A DNA stretch of 64,000 nucleotides from Alphaproteobacteria bacterium (GCA_041908065.1 JAYRGC010000050.1:21718-85717); one strand, 5' to 3'. Positions 19,703 to 30,433 are shown, counted from the first letter of the stretch. Notes: generated from the letters alone by a model not told the origin. Numbers and translations: made by a program.

Positions 19703-20926
19703 ATGACAGAAACGAACACGAAAATGGCCGAACGGATTGAGCTTTGGCCGCTGGATCGGCTTGTGCCCTATGACCGAAATCCGCGCACGCATTCGGAGGA
19801 ACAAATCAGTCAGATCGCGGCCAGCATTGTCGAGTTCGGGTTTCTCAATCCCATTCTGGTCGATACGGCAGCGGGGATCATTGCAGGGCATGGCCGCCTT
19901 CAGGCGGCAAAACAACTAGGCCTGACGCAAGTCCCCGTCGTCGTTCTCGATCATCTGAGCGAAGCGCAAAAACGCGCTTACGTCATCGCGGATAACAAGC
20001 TGGCGCTTAATGCCGGTTGGGACGACGATCTTTTGCGTGATGAATTGGCGGCCTTGGGGGAAGACGGGTTCGACGTTTCGCTCACTGGCTTTTCGGATGA
20101 GGAGCTTGCCGATCTGTTGGAGGATGACGGCGCGGCTGGGAATACAGACGAAGACGCTGTTCCGGAAGCCCCCGTCGATCCCGTCACCAAGGTGGGCGAT
20201 GTTTATGTTCTTGGCGATCATCGTTTGCTCTGCGGCGATAGCACTGTGCTCGCAAATGTCGAGAAAGTTCTCGATGGCGCGCTGGCCGATATGGTATTTA
20301 CGGATCCGCCCTACAATGTGAATTATTCAAATAGCCCCAAGGACAAAATGCGCGGCAACAACCGCGCCATCATGAACGACAATCTCGGCGATGGATTTGA
20401 GAAGTTTCTGTACGACGCTTGCGTCAATATGATCGCAGTCTGCAAGGGCGCGATTTACGTCTGCATGTCCTCAAGCGAACTGCACACGCTTCAAAAAGCG
20501 TTTGTAGCTGCGGGCGGTAAATGGTCGACTTTCGTCATTTGGGCCAAGAACACGTTTACGCTGGGGCGCTCGGACTATCAACGCCAGTACGAGCCTATCC
20601 TCTACGGTTGGAAGCAAGGCGCGGATCATTTCTGGTGCGGCGCGCGCGATCAGGGCGACGTTTGGTTTGTGAACAAGCCAACGAAGAACGATCTGCACCC
20701 GACCATGAAGCCTGTCGAGCTTGTCGAACGCGCCGTCCGCAACAGCAGCAAGAGCCGCGATATCGTCTTGGATTGCTTCGGCGGCTCCGGCAGCACGCTC
20801 ATCGCTTGCGAAAAAACAGGCCGTCAGGCGCGCTTAATCGAATTGGATCCCAAATACTGCGACGTGATCGTCCAGCGTTGGGAGGAGTTTACGGGCAAAA
20901 AAGCTGAATTAATCTCGCAACCTTAA
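19703..20926 (+). CDS. ParB-like nuclease N-terminal domain fused to N6-adenine/N4-cytosine DNA methyltransferase
   Basis: ParB-N box ILVDTAAGIIAGHGRLQAAKQLG; methyltransferase motif IV DPPY (FTDPPYNVNY); C-terminal SAM motif LDCFGGSGST. Confidence 0.75.
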   Translation: MTETNTKMAERIELWPLDRLVPYDRNPRTHSEEQISQIAASIVEFGFLNPILVDTAAGIIAGHGRLQAAKQLGLTQVPVVVLDHLSEAQKRAYVIADNKLALNAGWDDDLLRDELAALGEDGFDVSLTGFSDEELADLLEDDGAAGNTDEDAVPEAPVDPVTKVGDVYVLGDHRLLCGDSTVLANVEKVLDGALADMVFTDPPYNVNYSNSPKDKMRGNNRAIMNDNLGDGFEKFLYDACVNMIAVCKGAIYVCMSSSELHTLQKAFVAAGGKWSTFVIWAKNTFTLGRSDYQRQYEPILYGWKQGADHFWCGARDQGDVWFVNKPTKNDLHPTMKPVELVERAVRNSSKSRDIVLDCFGGSGSTLIACEKTGRQARLIELDPKYCDVIVQRWEEFTGKKAELISQP

Positions 20927-21150
20927 TCTCGGTAGAGGTGCAACGACAGCGCGGCCTTAAAAAGGGCTTCGGCATCGGGAAGAATTTTTTCGAGACCCAA
21001 GGCCGTGCCGATGGCCTCGTTTTGTTTGCCGTTGGTCATGGCTGTGCTGGCCTCTTGCGCCAGCCGCGCGGCTTCGTTCAAACGCTCCGTGAGCGCGGCA
21101 AGATTGGCGGCGACGGCGTTGGTGATTACGTTATTGGACTTGCCGGACAT
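20923..21150 (-). CDS. Small hypothetical protein
   Basis: GGAGG RBS before ATG (reverse strand); shares an upstream ~45-bp motif with the next minus-strand gene. Confidence 0.4.
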   Translation of the reverse strand: MSGKSNNVITNAVAANLAALTERLNEAARLAQEASTAMTNGKQNEAIGTALGLEKILPDAEALFKAALSLHLYRD

Positions 21151-21291
21151 GCGAACCTCCGTTGTTTGGCGCTGATCATAGGGGTATGAACGCTCTTCTT
21201 CGCAAGATTATCAACTCAATTCGGGATCATCGTAGTGCGAAGAAAAGCGTCGAACGATCATTTGATAATCGTTCGACGCGGGTTGATCATT

Positions 21292-21696
21292 TCATTGCTC
21301 CGGTTTGGTAATCTTGTAGATGCGTTTGCCGTCTTTCGGCTTGTCGGAAACGATATGGTAACCGCGTTTCTTTTTGAGCGCATGCGAGATCGCGGCGCGT
21401 GCCGTGTGCTTTTGCCAGCCCGTGACGGCGATAATCTCATCGAGCGTCGCGCCCTCGGGTCGCTTCAAAAGCTCGCTGATGCGCACGAGTTTTGTTAAAC
21501 GTCCTTCGGGCTCTGGCGTTTTTGCATCCGGCTTCATCGCCGCGACGGCGGCAAGGCCGGCCTGCATGGGCTTGGAGAGTTTGCTTTCGTCAAGCGGTTT
21601 ACTCGCCTTGGCCGAACCGTTGGCTTTGGCCTTGACGGGAGCTTTGACGATGGTCTTTGGCTGGGATTTGGCGGTTTTGCTTGGTTTTTTGGACAT
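21292..21696 (-). CDS. DUF3489-like phage protein (Lys/Ala/Pro-rich linker, conserved C-terminal wHTH-like domain)
   Basis: AAAGGAGG RBS; C-terminus LTKLVRISELLKRPEGATLDEIIAVTGWQKHTARAAIS typical of DUF3489. Confidence 0.45.
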   Translation of the reverse strand: MSKKPSKTAKSQPKTIVKAPVKAKANGSAKASKPLDESKLSKPMQAGLAAVAAMKPDAKTPEPEGRLTKLVRISELLKRPEGATLDEIIAVTGWQKHTARAAISHALKKKRGYHIVSDKPKDGKRIYKITKPEQ

Positions 21697-21813
21697 GGTT
21701 TGTGTCCTCCTTTCGTAAGCCATGAACGCTTCATTCGCGGCACTTATCCACTCAATTATGAGCAATCCGATGGCTTTCTTCGGCCCGATTGGATCATCAA
21801 ATGACACGAAACC

Positions 21814-22332
21814 ATGGGACTATCAGCTTCCGCTTACGCCAAGCGACGCGGCGTCAGCCATGTCGCCGTGCTCAAGGCCATCAAGACAGGCCGTATCGTC
21901 AAAGAGAAGGACGGCACCATCGATCCCGACAAAGCCGATGCCGCGTGGACGAAGAACACGGATCCCGCGCAGCAGCGCAAGGCACCGAAGAAGAGCGAAC
22001 AAGCGCCTGAACGCCCAATCGATCCGCCGCTTGCGAACAGCGGCCCGAACTACGCGCAAAGCCGCGCGATCAAGGAGGCCTATCTCGCGCGGCTCGCCAA
22101 GCTGGAATACGAGGAAAAGTCTGCCATTCTCGTCCGCGCCGATGCCGTTAAGGTCGCGTGGTTCAACACGCTGCGCGTCTTGCGCGACCGCGCGTTGAAT
22201 CTGCCGGATCGACTTGCACCCGTTCTCGCCACAGAAAATGATCCGCGCAAGATCGGCGAGATTCTGGGCGCCGAGTTACGGCAGATACTGGATGATGCGG
22301 CAGATGCCGTTATAAGCGCGGGCGAACGATGA
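21814..22332 (+). CDS. Terminase small subunit (HTH N-terminus)
   Basis: N-terminal wHTH (ASAYAKRRGVSHVAVLKAIKTGRI); sits immediately upstream of and overlaps terminase large subunit. Confidence 0.55.
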   Translation: MGLSASAYAKRRGVSHVAVLKAIKTGRIVKEKDGTIDPDKADAAWTKNTDPAQQRKAPKKSEQAPERPIDPPLANSGPNYAQSRAIKEAYLARLAKLEYEEKSAILVRADAVKVAWFNTLRVLRDRALNLPDRLAPVLATENDPRKIGEILGAELRQILDDAADAVISAGER

Positions 22333-24218
22333 ACGTTTTACAAGACTGCCTCGCGCATGCCGCGCTTGCGCTGCGGCCAGACCCCTTGCTGACGGTTTCG
22401 GAATGGTCGGACGCGCACAGGTTCCTCTCGCAAACGGCCTCCGGCGAGCCCGGGCCGTGGCGGACGGAGCGGACGCCGTATCTGAAAGAGATCATGGATT
22501 GCCTTTCGCCGTCCTCGCCTGTCGAGCGCGTCGTGTTCATGAAAGGCGCGCAGATCGGCGGGACGGAAGCAGGCAATAACTGGATCGGCTATGTCATCCA
22601 TCATGCGCCGGGGCCGATGCTCGCTGTGCAGCCGACGGTTGAGATGGCCAAACGCTGGTCGAAACAGCGCGTCGCGGCCTTGATCGACAGCACGCCGGTT
22701 TTGCGGACACGCATCAAGGAGGCTCGGTCGCGGGACAGTGGCAACACGGTTCAGAGCAAGGAGTTTCCGGGTGGCATCCTTGTGATGACCGGCGCAAACA
22801 GCGCGGTGGGGCTGCGATCAATGCCCGTGCGGTATCTGTTTCTGGACGAGGTTGACGCTTATGATTTTGACGTGGACGGCGAAGGCGATCCGGTGGGTCT
22901 CGCCACGCAGCGCACGATCACGTTCGCCAACCGGAAAATCTTTCTGGTCTCGACTCCGACGATCCAAGGGTTCAGCCGTATTGAGATAGAATACGAGAAG
23001 TCCGACAAGCGGCGCTTCTGGGTGCCTTGCCCCGAATGCGGCGAGTATCAGGTATTGGAAGAGAAACGCCTGCAATGGGAAAAAGGCAAGCCCGAAACGG
23101 CTTCGTACTTTTGCTCCGCTTGTGGCTGCGGGATACCGAGCCACAAGAAACGCTGGATGAACGGTCAAGGTGAATGGCGGGCCGAGGAACCTGGCGCGGG
23201 GAAAGCGGCAGGATTCCATTTATCCGGCCTTTATAGCCCTTGGCTCAGCTGGCAGCAGATCGCGGAACGCAAGATCGCAGCCCGCGACGACGCGGCGATG
23301 AAGGTTTACGTCAACACCATCGAGGCGCGGACATGGACGGAATCTGGCGAAGCGCCGGAATGGCAAAGGCTTTATGATCGCCGTGATAGCTACCGGCTCT
23401 GCACGGTTCCCGCTGGAGGATTGTTTCTCACGGCTGGTGTGGACGTGCAGGATAACCGGCTCGAACTTGAGATCGTGGCGTGGGGCCGTGAACGTGAAAG
23501 CTGGTCGGTAGATTATCGCGTCCTGCAAGGCAGGCCGTCCGACAAAGATGTGTGGAACGCCTTGGACGCCGTTTTGGAAGAGAGCTTTACGCACGACAGC
23601 GGCGCGCGGATTGGCATCGTCAAGGTCGCCATCGATACAGGTGGCCATTACACGTCGCAGGTTTATGACTGGGTGCGCGGTAAACAAGGCGATCGCGTTC
23701 TGGCCATCAAAGGCGTTCACGGGCTTGGCGCGGCCATTGGGTTGCCGAGCCATGCGGACGTGACGACGCAGGGCAAACGTAAGCGGCGCGGTTTGTTGAT
23801 CTGGCCGGTCGGTTCGTCCTTTTGCAAGTCCGAGCTTTACGGCTGGCTTCGCAAAGACAAGCCGACCGACGAACAAATGGCTGATGGCGAAGACTTCCCC
23901 ATCGGCTTCTGCCACTTTCCGAAGTATCCGGAAGAGTATTTCAAGCAGCTGACGGCGGAGCGGCTGGTCACGAAAAAAGACCCGCGCGGCTTCCCGCGCC
24001 GCGAATGGCACAAGATGTACGAACGCAACGAGGCTCTTGACTGCCGCGTCTATGCACGCGCCGCCGCTGCGGCCTATGGGATCGACAGATTTACGGACAC
24101 GATATGGGATCGGCTTGAGGAAGCGTTAGGGCAGAAAAAGCAAGCACCCGAGCAAGAAGCGATCAAAACGTCCACGCCGCCGCCTGCGCGGCGCATCATC
24201 AGGAGCAGTTATCTATGA
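22329..24218 (+). CDS. Terminase large subunit, lambda GpA family
   Basis: Length and N-terminal GpA-type organisation, Walker A-like GAQIGGTEAGNNW; followed by gpW-like and lambda-family portal genes. Confidence 0.75.
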   Translation: MNVLQDCLAHAALALRPDPLLTVSEWSDAHRFLSQTASGEPGPWRTERTPYLKEIMDCLSPSSPVERVVFMKGAQIGGTEAGNNWIGYVIHHAPGPMLAVQPTVEMAKRWSKQRVAALIDSTPVLRTRIKEARSRDSGNTVQSKEFPGGILVMTGANSAVGLRSMPVRYLFLDEVDAYDFDVDGEGDPVGLATQRTITFANRKIFLVSTPTIQGFSRIEIEYEKSDKRRFWVPCPECGEYQVLEEKRLQWEKGKPETASYFCSACGCGIPSHKKRWMNGQGEWRAEEPGAGKAAGFHLSGLYSPWLSWQQIAERKIAARDDAAMKVYVNTIEARTWTESGEAPEWQRLYDRRDSYRLCTVPAGGLFLTAGVDVQDNRLELEIVAWGRERESWSVDYRVLQGRPSDKDVWNALDAVLEESFTHDSGARIGIVKVAIDTGGHYTSQVYDWVRGKQGDRVLAIKGVHGLGAAIGLPSHADVTTQGKRKRRGLLIWPVGSSFCKSELYGWLRKDKPTDEQMADGEDFPIGFCHFPKYPEEYFKQLTAERLVTKKDPRGFPRREWHKMYERNEALDCRVYARAAAAAYGIDRFTDTIWDRLEEALGQKKQAPEQEAIKTSTPPPARRIIRSSYL

Positions 24219-24421
24219 CCTACACCACAGCCCAACGCGATGCGCTGAAACAGGCCATCGCGAGCGGCGTCCTGCGTCTCTCTTACGACGGCAAGACGGT
24301 CGAGTATCGCAGCATGTCCGAACTAAAGGCGGCGTTGGCTGAAGTCGAACAAGGCTTGGCGCGAGACAACGGCCAGCCGCAAACGCGGCAGATCAAGATT
24401 TACGCCGACAAGGATCTCTGA
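24215..24421 (+). CDS. Head-tail joining protein, gpW-like
   Basis: 68-aa protein between terminase and portal, the same position as lambda W. Confidence 0.5.
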   Translation: MTYTTAQRDALKQAIASGVLRLSYDGKTVEYRSMSELKAALAEVEQGLARDNGQPQTRQIKIYADKDL

Positions 24422-25959
24422 TGAACCTGTTTTCAAAAATTGGCGCGGCGATTTCCAACGCACGCGGACGGCTTGCCATGTCCTCTTCGATGGGTGGCTT
24501 TGAAGGCGCAATGTCAAAACGGCGACTTATTGCGTGGAAAGCGACCGAGGAGAATATCAATTCTCTTGTGGCCTCGGGTGGCGATCTTTTGCGCGCGCGG
24601 GCGCGGCAGATCGTGCGGTCGAACCCTTACGCGGCCAACGCCGCGAACAGCTTTGCCGCTAATGCGGTGGGCGACGGCATTCGGCCATCAAGCCTGATCG
24701 AAGATCAGGGGATTAAGGACAAGATCGCAGGCCTATGGAAAGACTGGGTTCTTGAAGCTGACGCCGATGGGCTGACGGATTTTTACGGCATGCAGGCTTT
24801 GGTGGCGCATGCGCTGTTCGAAGCGGGCGAGTGTTTCGTGCGCTTTCGTCCTCGCAGGCTTGCCGATGGTTTGACCGTTCCGCTCCAGCTTCAACTACTC
24901 GAAAGCGAAATGCTCCCGCTTTCCAAAACGGAAATCGCCGCGACAGGCAATGCCGTGCGATGCGGGATCGAGTTTGACGGGATCGGGCGGCGCGTAGCCT
25001 ATCACTTCTATCGCAAGCATCCTGGCGACAGCACGGATCAGGGCAACAAGGGCGAGATTGTCCGCGTTCCGGCCTCGGAAGTATTGCACATTTATCGCCC
25101 GCAGCGCCCCGGCCAAATCAGGGGCGTGCCGTGGATTTCGCCCGCGCTGGTGAAGCTGTTTTTGCTCGATCAATATGACGATGCGGAACTGGATCGCAAA
25201 AAGGTCGCGGCTTTGTTCGCGGGGTTCATCACCAAGGACTCGCCGGAAGATAAACTGATGGGCGAAGGCGCGCCGAACGATGCCGGAGCCGCCATCGCAG
25301 GCCTTTCTCCAGGCACGATGCAGATTCTGCTTCCCGGCGAGGACATCAAGTTCTCTTCTCCCGCCGATGTGGGTGGGTCGTATGAGATGTTTCAGTACCG
25401 CACGCTGCTCGCGATCTCCGCTGCGCTCGGCGTGCCTTACACGAACGTCACGGGCGATTTGAAAGCCGCCAATTATTCCAGCATTCGCGCCGGCACGGTG
25501 GAGTTTCGTCGCCGCCTGAACCAGTTTCAGGAAATGACGATGATCTTCCAGCTTTGCCGTCCCATCTGGGCGCGGTGGTTGGAAACGGCTGTTTTGTCCG
25601 GCGCCTTGCGCTTGCCGGGCTTTGCCCGCGATCCGCGCCCGTACAACCGCGTCAAATGGATCAAGCCGAAATGGGAATGGGTCGATCCGCTCAAAGACCG
25701 TCAGGCCGAGCAGATCGCGCAGCAGATGGGCTGGAAAGCGCCCAGCGACATCATCGAGGCCGAAGGCAACAACGTGGACGAGACGATGCAGCGGATCGCC
25801 GCCGATCAGGCGCGGATGAAAGAGCTTGGCATTCAAACGCTGGCGTTAAACGCCCCGCCGCCCGCGCAGACGCAAGTAACGCCTGCCGATGAAAATACGA
25901 CAACCGATCCTTCCGGCGACCCATCACGGGATTCCACGCAGAAAGACCAGAACGCATGA
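24421..25959 (+). CDS. Portal protein, lambda family
   Basis: ~510 aa, gene order terL-W-portal-protease; N-terminus conserved in lambda-family portals. Confidence 0.7.
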   Translation: MNLFSKIGAAISNARGRLAMSSSMGGFEGAMSKRRLIAWKATEENINSLVASGGDLLRARARQIVRSNPYAANAANSFAANAVGDGIRPSSLIEDQGIKDKIAGLWKDWVLEADADGLTDFYGMQALVAHALFEAGECFVRFRPRRLADGLTVPLQLQLLESEMLPLSKTEIAATGNAVRCGIEFDGIGRRVAYHFYRKHPGDSTDQGNKGEIVRVPASEVLHIYRPQRPGQIRGVPWISPALVKLFLLDQYDDAELDRKKVAALFAGFITKDSPEDKLMGEGAPNDAGAAIAGLSPGTMQILLPGEDIKFSSPADVGGSYEMFQYRTLLAISAALGVPYTNVTGDLKAANYSSIRAGTVEFRRRLNQFQEMTMIFQLCRPIWARWLETAVLSGALRLPGFARDPRPYNRVKWIKPKWEWVDPLKDRQAEQIAQQMGWKAPSDIIEAEGNNVDETMQRIAADQARMKELGIQTLALNAPPPAQTQVTPADENTTTDPSGDPSRDSTQKDQNA

Positions 25960-27164
25960 ACCTTCTTCCTCATATAGCAGGGCGCGTCTTTTCGACGCCG
26001 CTTATGATCACGCGCTCGAAACTGGATGTGATCCTTGGCGTGCTTGCGCCGCGCTTGCGAGGCGAGGCCTTGAACGTGTGGCAGCAGCCAGAGATCGACG
26101 ATGAACTGGATATCGTGGCAGGAGGCATTGCCGTCATTTCCATTCTCGGCACGCTGGTGCGCCGGACAGGCGGACTTCAAGCAGCCAGCGGGCTTATGAG
26201 CTATGCCGACATCGCCGTCCAGCTTCAGGCCGCTCTCGATAACAGCGCAGTCAAGGCTATCCTGCTTGATATCGACAGCCCCGGCGGCGAAGCGGGCGGC
26301 GTGTTCGATCTGGCCGATCAGATTTACGCCGCGCGAAAGATCAAGCCCGTTTGGGCCGTGGCGAACGAAGAGGCTTTCTCGGCGGCTTATGCGCTGGCGG
26401 CTTCAGCCGAGCGGCTTTACGTCCCGCGCACGGGCGGTGTCGGCTCCGTCGGCGTGATCGCCATGCATCTCGATCAAAGCCAGTCCGACGCCGAGGAAGG
26501 ACTCAAATACACGCCCATCTTTGCGGGCTTACGCAAGAACGACTATTCGCCGCATGCACCGCTTTCGGATCCAGCGCGCGCCGCGCTGCAAGCGGAAGTC
26601 GATCGCGTTTACGAGATGTTCGTTCAAACGGTCGCGCGTGGGCGCGGCCTTACCGCAGACGCCATTCGCAAGACCGAGGCGGGCCTGTTCTTTGGTGAGG
26701 ACGGCGCGGCAACAGGTCTTGCCGATAAAATCGGCACTTTCGATGACGCGCTGGCCGATCTTGCAGTCTCTCTATCCCTCAACCCCAACCGAAAGGAAAC
26801 TCTGATGAGCAATCCAATTCCCCAACCATCAATTGAAGCGGAAAAAATGCCGCCTGATCTTGAAGCCCTGAAGGCCGAGTTTATGGAAAAGGCTCGAGCC
26901 GAAGCCAAGGCCGAAGCGATGGCCTATGTCGCCGAGGTGCATGATCTCTGCGCTTTGGCGGGCGCGCCGAACAAGGCAACGGCTTTCATCGTCAAAGGCG
27001 CATCCGCCGAAGACGTGCGCCGCGAACTGATCGAGGCCAAGGCTGCAGAAGCCGAGACCACCGCCATCGTCGGTCATCCTTCCGACAACGCCATCGCCAC
27101 CGCCGAAGCCAAGATCGACACGGCGGCGATTTATCAAAACCGCAACAATCAGAAAGGAAACTAA
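25956..27164 (+). CDS. S49-family (ClpP-like) head maturation protease with C-terminal scaffold-like region (lambda gpC-like)
   Basis: ILLDIDSPGGEAGGVFDLADQI...EEAFSAAYALAASAERLYV matches S49/SppA serine peptidase core. Confidence 0.75.
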   Translation: MNLLPHIAGRVFSTPLMITRSKLDVILGVLAPRLRGEALNVWQQPEIDDELDIVAGGIAVISILGTLVRRTGGLQAASGLMSYADIAVQLQAALDNSAVKAILLDIDSPGGEAGGVFDLADQIYAARKIKPVWAVANEEAFSAAYALAASAERLYVPRTGGVGSVGVIAMHLDQSQSDAEEGLKYTPIFAGLRKNDYSPHAPLSDPARAALQAEVDRVYEMFVQTVARGRGLTADAIRKTEAGLFFGEDGAATGLADKIGTFDDALADLAVSLSLNPNRKETLMSNPIPQPSIEAEKMPPDLEALKAEFMEKARAEAKAEAMAYVAEVHDLCALAGAPNKATAFIVKGASAEDVRRELIEAKAAEAETTAIVGHPSDNAIATAEAKIDTAAIYQNRNNQKGN

Positions 27165-27167
27165 AGC

Positions 27168-27818
27168 ATGCCTGAACTCACCGAAGGCCAACACAAGGCC
27201 GAATTTATCGTCTCCGAAGCGAACGGAACGCTTTCACGCGATACCGTCACCATCCTTGCCGGACAGAACCTCAAAGCTGGGCACGTTCTCGGCAAGGTCT
27301 CGGTCGGCACCGCGACGGGCGCGGCGTCGACGGGCAATGTCGGCAACGGCGCTTTGACAAACGTGTCGGTCGGCACAGGCGGCAAGGCCGGAACCTACGT
27401 GATCGACTGTATCGAGCCTGCGGCGAACGGCGGCACCTTTGCCGTCGAAGAACCGGGCGGCTCGATCATCGGCACAGCGCAAGTCGGAACGCCTTTTGTC
27501 GGCGCGATTAACTTCACGCTGACGGACGGCACGACCGACTTTGCCGCAGGCGACCGCTTTACGGTGGTCGTCAGCGGCGGCTCGGGCAAGTACAAAGAGT
27601 ACAGTCCGGCCAACACCGATGGATCGCAAACCGCCGTTGCCGTGTTGTTGGACGCCATCGATGCGACCGCAGCCGACAAGGACGGCATCGTTATCGCTCG
27701 TCAGGCCGAAGTGAACGCCGCCGAACTCGTCTGGTTCGCTGGCGCGACCGACGCCCAGAAAAAGACGGGCACAAACCAGCTTAAAAACCAGACCATCTTC
27801 GCGCGCGTGGCCATCTAA
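27168..27818 (+). CDS. Head decoration protein (lambda gpD-like)
   Basis: Position after the protease; Gly/Thr-rich beta protein of gpD size. Confidence 0.55.
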   Translation: MPELTEGQHKAEFIVSEANGTLSRDTVTILAGQNLKAGHVLGKVSVGTATGAASTGNVGNGALTNVSVGTGGKAGTYVIDCIEPAANGGTFAVEEPGGSIIGTAQVGTPFVGAINFTLTDGTTDFAAGDRFTVVVSGGSGKYKEYSPANTDGSQTAVAVLLDAIDATAADKDGIVIARQAEVNAAELVWFAGATDAQKKTGTNQLKNQTIFARVAI

Positions 27819-27904
27819 GCCTCTCGCGTTTTTTTCACCCGACAAAAGCCCTGTCCCCTTGAAAAAGGCGGCGGGGCTTTTGTCATTCAAAAAGGATCAT
27901 CTCA

Positions 27905-28921
27905 ATGCCTATGCTCGACATCTTCTCCAACAACGCGTTTTCGGTCACGTCGTTGACCGACGCGATCAACAAAATGCCCTTTATTCCCGGCAAGGTCGGG
28001 CAGCTTGGCATTTTTCAGGAAAGCGGGGTTTCGACGACCTCGATCATGATCGAGGAACGCGAAGGCTCGCTGACTCTCATCCCCACCAGCCATCGTGGCG
28101 GCCCTGCGGCGCAAAACAAGCACGAGAAACGAAAAGCGCGGTCTTTGATCGTGCCGCACATCGCGCTTGAGGACACGATCATGGCCGACGAGGTGCAGGA
28201 CGTTCGCGCGTTCGGCAGCGAGTCCGACGTGCAGAGCGTTCAGTCCGTGGTCAACAACCGCCTGTCGGAAATGACGGCCAAGCACGACGCGACGCTGGAG
28301 CATCTACGGATCGGAGCCATCAAAGGCCAGATCCTCGATGCCGATGGGACGAGCGTGCTCTACGACCTCTTCACCGAGTTTGGCGTCACCTCTTATGCCG
28401 AGATCGATTTCGACCTCGACAACGCCAGTCCGGCCAAAGGCGCGATCAAGCTCCTCTGCCACGGCATCAAGCGCAAGATCGAGGATGCATTGGGCGCGGC
28501 TCCGTACACGGCGATCCACGCCTTTTGCTCGGCCAACTTCTTCGACGCCCTGACGACGCATCCCGAAGTGACGGACGCCTACAACCGCTTTCAGGAAAGC
28601 ATCTTCCTGCGCACGGGACAGGCGCGCGGCCAGTTCGACTATGCGGGCATCGTGTTCGAAGAATATCGCGGCAGCATCGGCGGGGTAGACTTTATCCCCG
28701 ACGGCAAAGCGCACTTCTTCCCCGTGGGAACGCCGGGTCTGTTCCGGCAATACAACGCGCCTGCCGACTTCGTCGAAACGGTCAACACCATCGGCCTGCC
28801 GCGCTATGCCAAGCAGGCCATTGACGATGAGTTCGGACGCTGGGTCAAGCTGCACACGCAGTCGAACCCGCTGCCGATCTGCACGCGTCCGAAGGTGCTC
28901 CTCAAGGGCAAGGCCGCGTAA
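27905..28921 (+). CDS. Major capsid protein (lambda gpE-like)
   Basis: 338 aa, follows decoration protein; N-terminus MPMLDIFSNNAFSVTSLTDAINKMP typical of the E family. Confidence 0.7.
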   Translation: MPMLDIFSNNAFSVTSLTDAINKMPFIPGKVGQLGIFQESGVSTTSIMIEEREGSLTLIPTSHRGGPAAQNKHEKRKARSLIVPHIALEDTIMADEVQDVRAFGSESDVQSVQSVVNNRLSEMTAKHDATLEHLRIGAIKGQILDADGTSVLYDLFTEFGVTSYAEIDFDLDNASPAKGAIKLLCHGIKRKIEDALGAAPYTAIHAFCSANFFDALTTHPEVTDAYNRFQESIFLRTGQARGQFDYAGIVFEEYRGSIGGVDFIPDGKAHFFPVGTPGLFRQYNAPADFVETVNTIGLPRYAKQAIDDEFGRWVKLHTQSNPLPICTRPKVLLKGKAA

Positions 28922-29232
28922 TGACTTTCGGCGCTATGATTGCGGCCTTGTTTTCGGATCCGATCCTGAGCAAGGCCGCCGTCTATCTGCAGAAGGGCAG
29001 CGCCGAAGCCATCGATGTCCGCGTGATGACCAAGCAACCGGATATCATCACGGACTTCGGCGAAGGGCAAATCCATGCGGCGACCACTTTGTTCGAAGTG
29101 CAACGACAGGATATTGCCCAGCCAAAAACGGGCGACCGGCTCACGGTGGACGGGATTACTTATATCGTTCAGTCCGAGCCGGTAGGTGACCGCGAACGGC
29201 TGATCTGGCGGTTGGATGTGATTCCGGCATGA
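28921..29232 (+). CDS. Head-tail connector/completion protein (hypothetical)
   Basis: Gene-order inference. Confidence 0.35.
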   Translation: MTFGAMIAALFSDPILSKAAVYLQKGSAEAIDVRVMTKQPDIITDFGEGQIHAATTLFEVQRQDIAQPKTGDRLTVDGITYIVQSEPVGDRERLIWRLDVIPA

Positions 29233-29879
29233 GGCTTTTGGCGGCTCTTCAGGGCGATCTCAAAAAGATCATGGCGCAGGAAATCAAGGCGGCTGAACAG
29301 GCTGCGATGAACGGTATGCGTCAGGCGACCGATGGCCTCAAGCAGGAGTTGCGCGGACAGGTTACCGGAGCGGGTCTTGGTCAGAGGCTTGCGAATACGT
29401 GGCGGGGTATGGTTTTTCCACAAGGACAAGCCAGTCTTAATGCCGCAGGGTTCGTTTGGAACAACGCGCCGAAAATCGTCGGCGCTTATGCGCATGGCGT
29501 CGTGATCCACGCGCATAATAGCCGGTTTCTGGCCGTTCCCACCCCTGCAGCTGGCAAGCTCGCAATGCGGCAGAAAATGACGCCAGAGCGCTGGCAGAAG
29601 ATACACGGCAAGAAGCTGCGGTTTATCTATCGCCGAAACGCGCCGTCTTTGCTTGTGGCCGAGAACATGCGCGCGCGCAAAGGAAAACGCGGGGGGTTCG
29701 CCGACGCCAGCGCGACGGCTCAACGCACGGGGCGCGGTCTTACGACCGTTCCCGTCTTTATTCTTATCCCGCAGGTGTCCGTCAAGAAGCGCTTCGACGT
29801 CGACAGCGTCGCGCAAAAATGGATAAGCCTCGCGCCGCAACTCGTTATCCGGAACTGGCAAGAAAATGAACAGAAATGA
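29229..29879 (+). CDS. Hypothetical head-tail/tail completion protein
   Basis: Gene-order inference. Confidence 0.3.
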   Translation: MRLLAALQGDLKKIMAQEIKAAEQAAMNGMRQATDGLKQELRGQVTGAGLGQRLANTWRGMVFPQGQASLNAAGFVWNNAPKIVGAYAHGVVIHAHNSRFLAVPTPAAGKLAMRQKMTPERWQKIHGKKLRFIYRRNAPSLLVAENMRARKGKRGGFADASATAQRTGRGLTTVPVFILIPQVSVKKRFDVDSVAQKWISLAPQLVIRNWQENEQK

Positions 29880-30304
29880 CACACCGCGAAACCATTCTGC
29901 AAGCGCTGTTCGCGCAGCTGCAAACGATTCCCGATGCGCGGGTTTTGCGTAACGAGGTGTTGCCGGAGGTCATTCCGGCAGGCGGTTTGATCATCCTGCG
30001 CGATGGCGAGACGGGCGAACCGGAAACGATGCTCTCGCCCATTTCTTACTACTGGCAACACCGCGCCATGCTCGACATCGCGGTACAGAAAGGCGAAGCG
30101 GCGGAGCGCGATGCGGCGCTGGACACGCTGTTCGAAGATATAGCGACGGCTCTTTCTACCGACCGCACGCTGGGCGGGCTTTGCGATCTCGTCACGCCGC
30201 TTGCGCCAGAAATCGGCTCGCTCGGCATCAATCAAGCACCGAGCGTCAAGACCGCCATCGTGTTGATTGAGCTTATCTACGTCACCGATGGCCAGCTGGG
30301 TTAG
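29876..30304 (+). CDS. Hypothetical tail terminator-like protein
   Basis: Gene-order inference. Confidence 0.3.
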   Translation: MTHRETILQALFAQLQTIPDARVLRNEVLPEVIPAGGLIILRDGETGEPETMLSPISYYWQHRAMLDIAVQKGEAAERDAALDTLFEDIATALSTDRTLGGLCDLVTPLAPEIGSLGINQAPSVKTAIVLIELIYVTDGQLG

Positions 30305-30433
30305 CTGGCCGTTTTTTTTCACCACCACAACCGAAGGAGTAAACTATGTCACGTGCTGGAGCCTGCCCCCGCGAAAGCGGGGGGCGCGAATACAACGATC
30401 AACTTTCCCTAACATCAAACATCGGAGGATAAC

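Noticed and set aside
18327-19706. Second 459-aa ORF overlapping the C5 methyltransferase
   Set aside because: It is not an independent gene. Only its middle section carries methyltransferase motifs, so it is treated as the alternate frame of a frameshifted single gene.
21185-21770. Two copies of a ~45-bp motif (atgaacgct.ttc..cgc....tta.c.actcaatt) upstream of the two small minus-strand genes
   Set aside because: Probably a shared promoter or operator. Noted but not reported as a separate feature because boundaries and function are unclear from sequence alone.
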